Source of the DNA: an uncultured virus (IMG/VR IMGVR_UViG_3300021964_000020)
Lineage: Duplodnaviria; Heunggongvirae; Uroviricota; Caudoviricetes
Virus record (IMG/VR): IMGVR_UViG_3300021964_000020
DNA: 64,000 nt
Direction: 5' to 3' (one strand)
Part shown: piece by piece, positions 27,252 to 36,748 of the stretch
Layout of the letters: every line of letters starts with the position of its first letter
How positions within the stretch are numbered: the first letter of the stretch is position 1
The notes under the pieces: model-generated
Databases searched by the model: none
Told to the model about the DNA's origin: nothing
The model's input: only the letters and a program-made list of their open reading frames with translations
Program-made: the position numbers and the translations under genes

Positions 27252-27941
27252 TTATTTTTTCTTGTTAAGGTTAATTTTCCAATACATTCCACCACCAACA
27301 TATGGTGACACTCCGAAATCGGGTGTTGTCTGTACCCCTAAGTTTAGTTGATACAGTCTATCTTTTTTGGTTTTCCAAATAAGACCTCCACTTGCACTGT
27401 TGAAGATATCTTGTTTGTTCATACCAATATTAAATCCATAATAAAATTGATTCTTCGGAAGATCCTTGACTATTGTTGTATTATAGACTGTAGGAATCTT
27501 AAAGAACCAATTAACATCTCTCGATTGTATTTGATTTTGGGTGATTACGTCCGTTAAAATACCATAACCCAAATCTGAAGGTGGTTTATTACCTAACGAA
27601 TCCGTAACGTTTTCAGGGAAATCGTAAGTTAGGTTAAGTGTGTCAACCACTTGGTATTTGGCAAAGTATTCTTTTAGAATTGCAGTTGTATCCACATCTA
27701 CGGGAATCTCAACTTCTAAGGTCTCTACTTTAGTTATGTATTTTGGGACGTATGTAGGTACTTCAACTGTTTTCTCAATATACACCGTATCTATTTTTTG
27801 GTCTAATAGTTCGTATTTCTTACCATCAACCTTAACGATGTCTATAGTACCATCCTGATCACCCGAACAATTTCTGAGTAAAAGGAATACACACAACCCC
27901 ACGATAATAACTGTCTTAATGTCAATATTATATCTTCTCAT
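27252..27941 (-). CDS. Membrane-anchored/lipoprotein-like protein, possible spanin
   Basis: N-terminal hydrophobic helix plus RNCSG; DTV-type repeats; amphipathic beta-strand C-terminus GGGMYWKI. Confidence 0.6.
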   Translation of the reverse strand: MRRYNIDIKTVIIVGLCVFLLLRNCSGDQDGTIDIVKVDGKKYELLDQKIDTVYIEKTVEVPTYVPKYITKVETLEVEIPVDVDTTAILKEYFAKYQVVDTLNLTYDFPENVTDSLGNKPPSDLGYGILTDVITQNQIQSRDVNWFFKIPTVYNTTIVKDLPKNQFYYGFNIGMNKQDIFNSASGGLIWKTKKDRLYQLNLGVQTTPDFGVSPYVGGGMYWKINLNKKK

Positions 27942-27970
27942 GATGGTCTTTGTGTTTTCCTATAAATACT

Positions 27971-28645
27971 CTACTTTTTCTTCTTAACTACTTTATCGAT
28001 GATACCATAATCGAGGGCTTCCTCCGCGGATAACCACATATCTCTTGTGGCGTCATTCATCACTTGTTCCGCAGGTTTGTCACAATAAGACCCAAGAAGA
28101 TCAAATAATTGTCTATTGAGTTTTTTCCACTCTGTCATATCAATCTCCGCATCTTGAATGTTTCCTCTAAACCCACCACTTGATTGGTGTAACATAGTTC
28201 GTGAGAATGATAAAGAACCTCTCTTACCTTTAGTACCTGCACCCAATAGTATTGAACCCATAGATGCTGCCATACCTGTGTTGATTGTTTGGATATCAGA
28301 CTCAATGTAATCCATGACATCTACCATTGAGAGTCCTGATTTAACGGAACCACCCGGTGTGTCAATATGCATTGTAATATCGTTGTGGTCCATACTATCC
28401 AAGAACATTAATTGTGCTTGTACGATAGTTGACATGTTATCGTTAACAGGTCCCGCAACCCAAATGATTCTCTCCATCATTAATCTTGAGAATACATCCA
28501 TCACAGTCACGTTCATTTGTCTTTCCTCAAGAATGTATGGAGTAAGACTGTTTTCTATTTGTTTGTTGTAATAATGTAGGTTAAGTCCACTTACATTTTT
28601 GTCTCTTGCGTAGAGGTCGAAATCTTTATATTCTTTTGATATCAT
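27971..28645 (-). CDS. clpP: ATP-dependent Clp protease proteolytic subunit
   Basis: MDVFSRLMMERII; TPGGSV; GMAASMG (Ser); MLHQ (His); RDMW (Asp); EALDYGIIDKV. Confidence 0.95.
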   Translation of the reverse strand: MISKEYKDFDLYARDKNVSGLNLHYYNKQIENSLTPYILEERQMNVTVMDVFSRLMMERIIWVAGPVNDNMSTIVQAQLMFLDSMDHNDITMHIDTPGGSVKSGLSMVDVMDYIESDIQTINTGMAASMGSILLGAGTKGKRGSLSFSRTMLHQSSGGFRGNIQDAEIDMTEWKKLNRQLFDLLGSYCDKPAEQVMNDATRDMWLSAEEALDYGIIDKVVKKKK

Positions 28646-28663
28646 GATTAATTTTTAGTTCTT

Positions 28664-28694
28664 CAAAGTTACACAAAATTTGCATTATTCCAAA
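28664..28694 (-). promoter_or_regulatory. Bacteroidota-type -33/-7 promoter upstream of clpP
   Basis: TTTG-N19-TAACTTTG. Confidence 0.65.
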
Positions 28695-28704
28695 TATATG
28701 GATA

Positions 28705-31050
28705 TTAAATTTTCACATTTATTGATTCTATCTTGGATATGTTGTCATCCTTCTCGATCATTAATAAGTTGTCAGACCAAGTCCTAATTAATGGGTTGTG
28801 GGATATGACAAGAATATTATCAAAATAATCTTTTATCTTTTTAAAGAATTCACCCACCATTTCAATGTTGTCATCCGCGACTTTACCAAAGACCTCATCC
28901 ATCACAACAAGGTTTGGTTTTGGTAGTGCAGAAACTTTTGTCAATACACTTCTTAATGCCAATGAAGCAATCGTTCTTTCGTATCCTGAACCCGCCATTA
29001 GAGGTTTAACTACTCGAGTCTCATTATCAATCATAACAAACCCTAAGTCGTTTTTCTCGTTGATTCTGATCTCCAATTTAAACAAACAACTATCCTCCAA
29101 CAAATGACTTAGTTCGTTATTTAAAAATGGTATCATGTCTTTAAGGATGGTCTTTGAAATACCCGATTTACCAAACGCCGCACGATACGCCTTAAACACG
29201 TCTTCAGTCTTCTTTTCCTTTTCAATTGTCTTAATCAAATCACGGTTAGTAGTGATCTTCTTTTTGAAATTATCAATCTCGTTAGTGTAACGTTCAATAA
29301 GAATGTTACATTGTTTGATGTCGGAATTTGCGGTCTCTATTTTAGTACCGTAGATCAAAAGTTGTTTATCAATTTCAAGATTGCGTTCGTGTTTCTTTTT
29401 GTTAGCTTCAAAGTATTCTAACAACTTTATTTTGTTTGATTTATCTATTTCAAACTGTTTAATTTCCAACTCATAACGAGTGTTAATTAGTTTATTTTTT
29501 TCGTATAAATCATACTCTTTTTTGAGGGTTGAGTGTTTAGTTTCTTCCGCCTTTAATTCTTTTTGATTTTTCTCTTTTTTGGTGATTTCACTTTTAATGT
29601 TTTTTATCTCACCTTTCTTAGATTTAATTTCTTTAGTATTATCTACATTCTCTAAAGGTCTATTACATGCCGAACATATACTACCATCTTCTAAGTTCTT
29701 TATCTCCTTCTCAAGTTGGGTAATATTATTATTTAAGACTTTTAGATCGAAATCTATATCCCTAATCTTGTCTTTAACCTCTTCATGGGTTTCCTCCAAA
29801 TAATACTCCTTAGGTTCTTTTACTAAGGTTTCATTTAGAACTTTATTGGTCTTAGATATCTTAGTATCAATATCTGCGATCTCGTTCTCAATGGTCTTGG
29901 GGTTGGTTTTAAATAGTGTCTCGTCAACATCCCCGTGCTTCTCACTTAGAAGTTTATCCTTTTCATCGTTGAGTGTTTTGAGTCTTTGAGTTGACTCCTC
30001 TAACTCTTTCTTAGTTTTGGTAATGTCGTTATCCTTACCTTCGATTTGTTTGTGTAGATCCTCTATTTCACTTTGTAAGGTAAACGTATCGTAATGATTA
30101 GAAACCATCTTATTAGTGAACTTATTCATCTCATCTCGGGCAACCTCATCCTTTTCTTTTAGTGCGTCCAAACCAATGAATCGAGTAAGTAGTCTTCCTC
30201 TTTCAGTTGCTGTTGAACCTATTAAGTCCTCTAAATTAGATCCTGTTGTTAAGATGGTTTGTAGGAAGTCACTCTCTGAACCTATCGCCTCTTGTATGAA
30301 AGTTTCTGTCTCACGTCTTTGTTCCCCACTTAGATTCTGATGAGTCCCATCAGGTAGTATTTTAAAGAACTCTAACTCCGCCTTAACTGTGTAGTTATTG
30401 GTTCTACCTAATTTTCTTGTAAAGTTCCGTTCAATGATATAATCATGTCCGTCAATTTCTATCACACCCTTAACCTTTACGTGGTCTTTATCACTGAATC
30501 GGTTGAAGACCTCGATATTGTTTTTGTGTTTAGTACTACTATTAAAGAATAAGAATAGTAGGGCATCGATTGTCGCTGTTGTTTTACCCCCAAAGTTTCG
30601 AGGATTTGATTCTACCGCAGTGATACCATCCAACTCAGTAAAATTAATCTTATTATTTTCACCAAACGAAAGGAAGTTAGAGTACTCAATACTCTTAATC
30701 TCCCATTTATTGTATTTTAATTTTCTCTCACCTTTCTGAGAGATGATCTCATTAACTTTCTTATCGAGTCTATCTAAATGGTCATAGTTGATGTCAGGAA
30801 AGTCGTTAGATTGTTTAACATACTCCTTAAGTAATTTATTTTGGTAGGTCAGGTCTAAAATACTTTCACTTATCTCAAGGGATTTAAGTTTTGTATCACT
30901 CTTATTACTAATAACCTTAGTATTAATAATAACGTGACGTGTATTGTATTTCTCTTTAAAGTATTCTTTTACCCTGCGAACTGACTCCTTACTAAATGCA
31001 CTTGCGGTGTCAGGCCACGTGACTTTTATGTATGCGTTTTCGTGTTCCAT
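28705..31050 (-). CDS. sbcC: SbcC/Rad50 (gp46-like) SMC ATPase with ~110-aa N-terminal extension
   Basis: NFLSFG; Walker A NFGGKTT; coiled coils; zinc hook CSAC; signature GSGYE; Walker B VMDEVFG; H-loop ISH. Confidence 0.9.
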   Translation of the reverse strand: MEHENAYIKVTWPDTASAFSKESVRRVKEYFKEKYNTRHVIINTKVISNKSDTKLKSLEISESILDLTYQNKLLKEYVKQSNDFPDINYDHLDRLDKKVNEIISQKGERKLKYNKWEIKSIEYSNFLSFGENNKINFTELDGITAVESNPRNFGGKTTATIDALLFLFFNSSTKHKNNIEVFNRFSDKDHVKVKGVIEIDGHDYIIERNFTRKLGRTNNYTVKAELEFFKILPDGTHQNLSGEQRRETETFIQEAIGSESDFLQTILTTGSNLEDLIGSTATERGRLLTRFIGLDALKEKDEVARDEMNKFTNKMVSNHYDTFTLQSEIEDLHKQIEGKDNDITKTKKELEESTQRLKTLNDEKDKLLSEKHGDVDETLFKTNPKTIENEIADIDTKISKTNKVLNETLVKEPKEYYLEETHEEVKDKIRDIDFDLKVLNNNITQLEKEIKNLEDGSICSACNRPLENVDNTKEIKSKKGEIKNIKSEITKKEKNQKELKAEETKHSTLKKEYDLYEKNKLINTRYELEIKQFEIDKSNKIKLLEYFEANKKKHERNLEIDKQLLIYGTKIETANSDIKQCNILIERYTNEIDNFKKKITTNRDLIKTIEKEKKTEDVFKAYRAAFGKSGISKTILKDMIPFLNNELSHLLEDSCLFKLEIRINEKNDLGFVMIDNETRVVKPLMAGSGYERTIASLALRSVLTKVSALPKPNLVVMDEVFGKVADDNIEMVGEFFKKIKDYFDNILVISHNPLIRTWSDNLLMIEKDDNISKIESINVKI

Positions 31051-31564
31051 TAACTCTTTGTTTAATGTATTTTCCGTTTTTTAAATCGTATGTTTCTACA
31101 TCCTCTCTTCTAAAAGACAACCATTCCTCCACCTCATTACTGTTTGAGGGTTTGAAATGTGTACGAACTAATTTTTTGGGGTCCCTAACAGTTTCGGCCC
31201 GTACAACTATAAATTGAGTGAAATCAATATTAGATCTCACAAATACATTTTTGGTGGAACTTACATTTTCCCTAAGTTTATTATAATACATAAACTCATC
31301 TTTCCAATACTTCTCTTTTCTCGCCGGTATATTCACCGTCTTAAAGTCTTGTTCCGATATGAGTGAGTACACATCATTATCCCAAAAATTACCTTCCCAC
31401 TTTCCGTGTTCGACTTCGACCCCCAATTCAGGATCTTTGACTCCCACTAAATCGATCTTATTATGAACTTCATTGTGTTTTAATAAGATCTTGAACTTGT
31501 TCTTAAAAAATTCTATTACCGCATTTCTTATCAGTGTGTCATTATATTTTGCGGGTACAAACAT
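31010..31564 (-). CDS. Hypothetical protein, possible PD-(D/E)XK-like nuclease
   Basis: IDLV...GVEVEH resembles the D...ExE/K catalytic arrangement. Confidence 0.5.
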   Translation of the reverse strand: MFVPAKYNDTLIRNAVIEFFKNKFKILLKHNEVHNKIDLVGVKDPELGVEVEHGKWEGNFWDNDVYSLISEQDFKTVNIPARKEKYWKDEFMYYNKLRENVSSTKNVFVRSNIDFTQFIVVRAETVRDPKKLVRTHFKPSNSNEVEEWLSFRREDVETYDLKNGKYIKQRVNGTRKRIHKSHVA

Positions 31565-31570
31565 TCATAA

Positions 31571-31882
31571 TCATTTTATTCTACTCTCCTCGAAGAATTC
31601 GATGATTGAGTTTATCGCCCATACGGCTCCCGCTGTAAACACCCCATCATAGAATATACCTACATACCCTACGTTAAATAATTCAGAACTAATACTACCT
31701 AATGTCGCAGACAAAAAGAAACCAACCCATGTAGATGTACATAAGGGACAATTTATTAGTTCACCGAAAAATTTAGATCTGTTTGATATCCAATTACGCA
31801 ATCCTTCGAATATGGATCCGTATACAATTATGGTCGTCATACCATACGCCATAAAAGTCCAAAAAATTAATAGTCCGATCAT
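31571..31882 (-). CDS. Membrane protein (DUF1360-like)
   Basis: IFEGLR..GELINCPLCTSTWVG plus hydrophobic helices. Confidence 0.7.
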   Translation of the reverse strand: MIGLLIFWTFMAYGMTTIIVYGSIFEGLRNWISNRSKFFGELINCPLCTSTWVGFFLSATLGSISSELFNVGYVGIFYDGVFTAGAVWAINSIIEFFEESRIK

Positions 31883-31887
31883 ATTAA

Positions 31888-31916
31888 AAGATACGGAAAT
31901 TAATTTTAAGAATCAA
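31888..31916 (-). promoter_or_regulatory. Sigma-70-like promoter
   Basis: TTGATT-N17-TATCTT. Confidence 0.55.
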
Positions 31917-31922
31917 CCCCCA

Positions 31923-32507
31923 CTACTCGTCATATAACGAACTTAGGTTGGAATTTTTAAGATATTTCGCTTTATTTAAGTTAGATAACGAAGATGTTAT
32001 TTTATCCAACTCTTCCTTAAGTTTGGTGTTTTCGTCTCTTAACTTTTCAAGTTCTGAGTCATTAACGACCTCCTTAATTACCTCTTTAGGTTTCTTTTTA
32101 AGTTTTGTTTCCAACTTAGATAGTTTTTGGGATAACCCCTTCTTCTCTTTTTCCAACTCGGCAATTTTATCTCCAAGTTCATTTACTTGTTCATCGTCTG
32201 TGATGTAGACTTCTTTCTCGACAATAACCTCAACAGGTTTCTCAACCTCTACGATTTTTTCGACTTCTTTGATTACTTCAAAAGGTACTTTGACTTCTTT
32301 TACAACCTCAACCTCTTTTATTACCTCTTTCTCTATCTCCTTTATGGTCTCTTTCCCTTTAACTATCGAGGGTGTTTCCCCGAATTTTAGAATTGCAAAT
32401 CCCCTTTTGAACGTATCTTTTGCAAGTTTATTCGGGTCTTCTATATTGTTTAGTTTACAATACTCTAAGAACTCACTATCCAATATTAAGGAGGGTTTCA
32501 GACTCAT
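31923..32507 (-). CDS. Hypothetical protein with V(I/V)KEV repeats and coiled coil
   Basis: KEVIKEVEVVKEVKVP low-complexity repeats. Confidence 0.75.
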   Translation of the reverse strand: MSLKPSLILDSEFLEYCKLNNIEDPNKLAKDTFKRGFAILKFGETPSIVKGKETIKEIEKEVIKEVEVVKEVKVPFEVIKEVEKIVEVEKPVEVIVEKEVYITDDEQVNELGDKIAELEKEKKGLSQKLSKLETKLKKKPKEVIKEVVNDSELEKLRDENTKLKEELDKITSSLSNLNKAKYLKNSNLSSLYDE

Positions 32508-33279
32508 TTTCGATATCTTTTATATCGTTTATTGAGAAATGTAAAAACGGTTGATCGTTCTTGAGATCATGAAAATCGTATTTATCGTTCTCTATATCAT
32601 AAATACCATATCCATGATGTTTTACTGTTTCACCGAAATTCTGTTGAATTAAAGATCCCACCATCACTGCACGACCACCATCAGGTAACTCGAATACTTG
32701 TCTTTTGTGGATGTCACCACAAAGTAGGATGTCTAAATCCACAAAATTAAGTGGGGAGTACCCTTCTTCAAACTCATATCCTGTATCAGTAGACAATCCC
32801 GCAATCGGACTATGGAATAAACCAACATATAACCCCTCTCCTTTTTCAAATTCAGGTCTTTGGTTGTGTTGGTACAAGGAATAGACCACCCAATTTATAT
32901 TTTCGTCCTTATATACCCCACTGTCTTTGTAATATGCAATCTTATCGTTCTGTAACATATCTACGACGGGAGTTATACTATCAACCCTTTCATGGTTATT
33001 TTCGAGAAAGTCATGATTACCCGGTATAATAACAACCCTACCCAACTCATTAGTAATATCACTTAGGAACTTGGATGTAATGACTAATTGTTCATTAGAG
33101 ATGTTGATCTTTTCATGCACGAGATCTCCCGCAATAACCACTCTAACCTCATCATATGAGTAATCTTTGATGCGTTCTTTCGCATCATCAATAAACCTTC
33201 TAAACTGTCTTTCATAGTTATCGTGGTACTTATTTCGACGTATATGTATGTCGGCTGTATGTACAATTACTTTAATCAT
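32476..33279 (-). CDS. sbcD: SbcD/Mre11 (gp47-like) metallophosphoesterase nuclease
   Basis: ADIH, AGDL, PGNHD, FH, GDIHK motifs; GSLIQQNFGE. Confidence 0.88.
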   Translation of the reverse strand: MIKVIVHTADIHIRRNKYHDNYERQFRRFIDDAKERIKDYSYDEVRVVIAGDLVHEKINISNEQLVITSKFLSDITNELGRVVIIPGNHDFLENNHERVDSITPVVDMLQNDKIAYYKDSGVYKDENINWVVYSLYQHNQRPEFEKGEGLYVGLFHSPIAGLSTDTGYEFEEGYSPLNFVDLDILLCGDIHKRQVFELPDGGRAVMVGSLIQQNFGETVKHHGYGIYDIENDKYDFHDLKNDQPFLHFSINDIKDIENESETLLNIG

Positions 33280-33709
33280 CTAATTTCATTTTTTTACGAT
33301 ACTCATCGTGTATTAAACTCTTGAATTTGGTAGTTGACCACCCATGAGATCGGTCAATCCAATGTATTGGGATGTCTAATTCATCACCCGTAAAGGATTT
33401 ATCTTTATAGTCGTCCCCTAAAAACCTAACATCGGGTTGTATGTCTTTAATAAGTGTAAGAAGGTCCTCTTCGTATGTATATGTATATATGTTTGATACA
33501 TATCGTAGTGAGAAAAGGATTTTCATTCTTTCTTGAACCGATAAAATAGGTTTTAACTTCTCTTTAGGTCTCTCTATTGAAGGGTCTGTATGTAATAATA
33601 TGATAAACTGATCACAGGTATCTGAACATTCCTTAAACATGTCTATGTAACCCGGATGAATTACATCGAAGTTACCCGCAATAATACCTTTATTATATTT
33701 TTTACTCAT
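33272..33709 (-). CDS. Cytidylyltransferase family protein (TagD-like)
   Basis: AGNFDVIHPGY; ER; LGDDY; RSHGWSTT. Confidence 0.85.
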   Translation of the reverse strand: MSKKYNKGIIAGNFDVIHPGYIDMFKECSDTCDQFIILLHTDPSIERPKEKLKPILSVQERMKILFSLRYVSNIYTYTYEEDLLTLIKDIQPDVRFLGDDYKDKSFTGDELDIPIHWIDRSHGWSTTKFKSLIHDEYRKKMKLDD

Positions 33710-34148
33710 TACCTATGTTTGGGTTTTGTTTTAATGTCTGTTTTGTGATCAAATCCTTGATTTTTGTTGTTGACCAATCGTGTGAACGAGTGGTGTAGAT
33801 CACTTCAATATCTAAATCATCACCTGTAAAGGATTTACCTATGTAATCCTCACCCAAAATCCTAACTTGGGGTTTAAAGAACTCAATAAGGTCAAGTAGT
33901 TCCTCTTCTGTTTGGTATATGAACACCTCATCTATGTATTTTATCGATGTTAGTGTTTTATACCTCTCATATATCGGAATTACAGGTTTATATTTTGATT
34001 TTCTATGGAGTGATGGGTCTCTTTGTAAGAACACAATAAACCAATCACAATGTTGTTTTGCCGTTTCAAACGTATAGATATAACCGGGGTGTAGAAGGTC
34101 AAAATTACCCGCAGTAAATCCAATTTTCTTACCCTCGTACCTATTCAT
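33702..34148 (-). CDS. Cytidylyltransferase family protein (TagD-like)
   Basis: GFTAGNFDLLHPGY; KPVIPIYER; LGEDY; RSHDWSTT. Confidence 0.85.
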   Translation of the reverse strand: MNRYEGKKIGFTAGNFDLLHPGYIYTFETAKQHCDWFIVFLQRDPSLHRKSKYKPVIPIYERYKTLTSIKYIDEVFIYQTEEELLDLIEFFKPQVRILGEDYIGKSFTGDDLDIEVIYTTRSHDWSTTKIKDLITKQTLKQNPNIGNE

Positions 34149-35002
34149 TACTTTAAAACTTTAGACATATCCATTAATAGTATTTTTTGGATTACTTCCA
34201 TTGGAACTTTATACTCCTCAAAAGTCGAATCCTCTTTAACTAAGACAACGATAGACCCTAATAACTTTTTAGATGCATATTCCGTACCCTCTAACATCTT
34301 TAATAGTAATTTACCATAGAATGGTAATTGTAGGTAGTAATGTCCAAGTGCGGTACTATCGATATTATCAAATGGTGGGTACATTTTCTTAGTATACCTC
34401 TGTTTTTTAAAATTTTCAGGTTTATTAGTTTTCCAATCAGTAATCAATATACCGTAATCAGTACCTTGTTTATTTTCAACTAACCAAACCTTATCGGGTT
34501 GTCCCACATAACCTAAATCGGGGTCACCCAATACTATTTCTGTATCAAGTAACACCGCATTTCTCTCATGCATTAAATCAAGAAAGTCCTTACCCGCATC
34601 AATCATGTTATTACTTCGAACAATCTGTTCTTCATCACATTCATATATGGGTTCCCTCACACTTTTGTAATCTCCATATTGGGAGATGAGTTCCTTCTCT
34701 AAAATGTAGTGTACTCGACTACCTTGGTTGGTGGCATATGTGCCTTTGTCTGCCCATTCTTTGAGTAATTCTTTTTGTTTTTGTTTATCACCTTTAGACA
34801 TTCTAAGAGAGATACCTTCAGCATCGAACTCCTCGTAAAACTTCTTTATGATCTTAGATACTGATGGATAATTAGATCTAATAATCCCGTTCTCATCTCT
34901 CATAAAGTATAAATGGTCTTCTTCTATAAATGATAAATCAATATTCTTCCTTCTTTTATTAAGGATTTTTCTAATCTTCTCTGATTCTTCTTTTAAATTC
35001 AT
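34148..35002 (-). CDS. PD-(D/E)XK exonuclease (RecB/Cas4-like fold)
   Basis: YPSVS; GSRVH; TE; GQPD; ITDWKT; YYLQLPFY. Confidence 0.85.
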   Translation of the reverse strand: MNLKEESEKIRKILNKRRKNIDLSFIEEDHLYFMRDENGIIRSNYPSVSKIIKKFYEEFDAEGISLRMSKGDKQKQKELLKEWADKGTYATNQGSRVHYILEKELISQYGDYKSVREPIYECDEEQIVRSNNMIDAGKDFLDLMHERNAVLLDTEIVLGDPDLGYVGQPDKVWLVENKQGTDYGILITDWKTNKPENFKKQRYTKKMYPPFDNIDSTALGHYYLQLPFYGKLLLKMLEGTEYASKKLLGSIVVLVKEDSTFEEYKVPMEVIQKILLMDMSKVLK

Positions 35003-35944
35003 TAATCAAGTTGTATTTCTTCATATCCACTTAAATTACCTCGTAAATCTGCAATGTCAGAGTTACCCTCGATTTTAATTGTCCAAACCTTACCCATTAA
35101 TTTACCCACATTCATTCTATGAAAGAGTTTCACACTATCAACCCACGCATCACTGTCTAAAACGATAACCACCTTTTTTGCGTTATCGTAGACCTTTTCG
35201 AATAAATTGTTTGTAATGAACTTACCTAACATAGGAACTGAGTTTTCTAAGAAAATACTGTCAAAAACACCCTCCACTAAGTAAATTGGTTTGTCCCAAT
35301 CAATCATATGTTCGTTCCAAATCAAAGTATTTTTATCCGCTTGTGGGTTCATATACTTTCTCTTACTATACTTAAGGTAAGATCTTGCAACGAAGTAATT
35401 CAAGTCATCGTATTCATCATACGATGGTATAATTATTCTATTTTCATAAAGACCCTCATCACAATAACCGATATTGAACTTTTTAATCATTTCATCGGTT
35501 ATATTTCTCGATCTGAGGTATTTGTATGCTTGTTTATATTTGTGTGTTAGTTTTCTACCGTATGATACGTCCGAAAAAGGGATAAATTCTTTTGGTAACC
35601 TAACTTTCTTATATGAAACTGTTGATCTTGATACGAATTCATCAGGAGTATATAATTTAAAATCCCTGATTTGTGTTGGGCTCCCGTATTTAAAAACAAG
35701 TTTATTAAGGTGTCCATGTGTATGGTGTGATTCCGCACATACCCAACACTTATAAACAAACATTTTGTAATTTATTTCTAAATTACCTTTACCATCACCT
35801 TCGTCTAAGTCCTTTATATCGTAAGAACACACAGGACAATCGAAAGTAATCTGACCCCTTACATCATTATGTGACTTACTCTCACCGAATATATCGTGGA
35901 GTACATCTACTAACGGTATAAAATCTACTTCTTGGGTCATCATA
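35002..35944 (-). CDS. dnaG: DNA primase (zinc finger plus TOPRIM)
   Basis: CPVC..CWVC zinc ribbon; YLRSR; RIIIP; KYMNP; LVEGVFD; VLDSD; DIAD. Start placed at 35944 because the longer ORF crosses a terminator. Confidence 0.88.
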
Positions 35945-35970
35945 CATAAAATATACGAAAAATTTTTGAC

Positions 35971-36006
35971 AAAAAAAAGTCCCCGAGAACACCACTCCTC
36001 GGGGAC
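35971..36006 (-). terminator. Strong intrinsic terminator
   Basis: GTCCCCGAG/CTCGGGGAC 9-bp stem followed by U8 on the minus strand. Confidence 0.85.
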
Positions 36007-36050
36007 AACCAACCAACGTATAAGAAATACATCTTATACGCCCCGTCCTG
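35971..36050 (-). ncRNA. Candidate ~80-nt small RNA
   Basis: Promoter TTTACT-N17-TATATT (36057-36085), internal hairpin CGTATAAGA/TCTTATACG, then the terminator. Confidence 0.45.
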
Positions 36051-36094
36051 TAATAAAATATAAGAAATTAAAAAGAGAAAGTAAAGTACTTGAT

Positions 36095-36700
36095 CTACTT
36101 TTCTTCAGACTTTATTTTATTAACATATCCAATTACCGCTGTTGCGGCATCACTCATATCGTAATTCTCTTTTTTGAGATTACCTGTTCTTGCATGTAAC
36201 CATTCAACTTCGGGGAATAGGTCATTAACGTGTTCCCATATAACATGTTTCTTATCTATGTCTTTAGGGTATCCACCAAATAATACTCTTCTCCCTTTGG
36301 CGTTTTCTCCAACTAAATCGGGGAATGCGAACTTACGTGCATTATATGTTGAGATGAATGTTGGGACAATCCCTAACACATCAAAACATGACTTCAATAC
36401 CATACTATTATATCTTAATAGGGTACCTACTGTATAAACATTATTCGAATTTAGTAGGGGTTCCTCAATAATGACTTTGGTGATACCCATGTCCTTATAA
36501 TTCTCCAAGTGTTTTCTGAACCCATCCGCCTTTTTGAGGAGTTCTTCTATTTTATCCTCAGGTTTGGGTTTTATTTTGGGTGAGAAATGAGTCAATTCTA
36601 ACAAATGTGAGGCCGTAATATCAAATAATGCCCATCCAATTGTTTTGGTTGATATATCTAAACCCAAAATCTTTGGTTTATTTTTAAATTTCTTGTCCAT
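36095..36700 (-). CDS. ruvC: RuvC-like Holliday junction resolvase
   Basis: ILGLDISTKTIGW; VIIEEP; YDMSDA acidic catalytic residues. Confidence 0.82.
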   Translation of the reverse strand: MDKKFKNKPKILGLDISTKTIGWALFDITASHLLELTHFSPKIKPKPEDKIEELLKKADGFRKHLENYKDMGITKVIIEEPLLNSNNVYTVGTLLRYNSMVLKSCFDVLGIVPTFISTYNARKFAFPDLVGENAKGRRVLFGGYPKDIDKKHVIWEHVNDLFPEVEWLHARTGNLKKENYDMSDAATAVIGYVNKIKSEEK

Positions 36701-36748
36701 ATAAAGTTATATGGTAATTAATAAGAAATTTTTTGGTAGAAGTAAAGA

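Noticed and set aside
34148..35002. Cas4 as part of a CRISPR system
   Set aside because: No Fe-S cysteine cluster, no array and no other cas genes; a stand-alone phage exonuclease is the better call
35945..36012. N-terminal extension of the primase given by the ORF track
   Set aside because: It runs through a terminator hairpin and a promoter; ATG at 35944 or 35941 is more plausible
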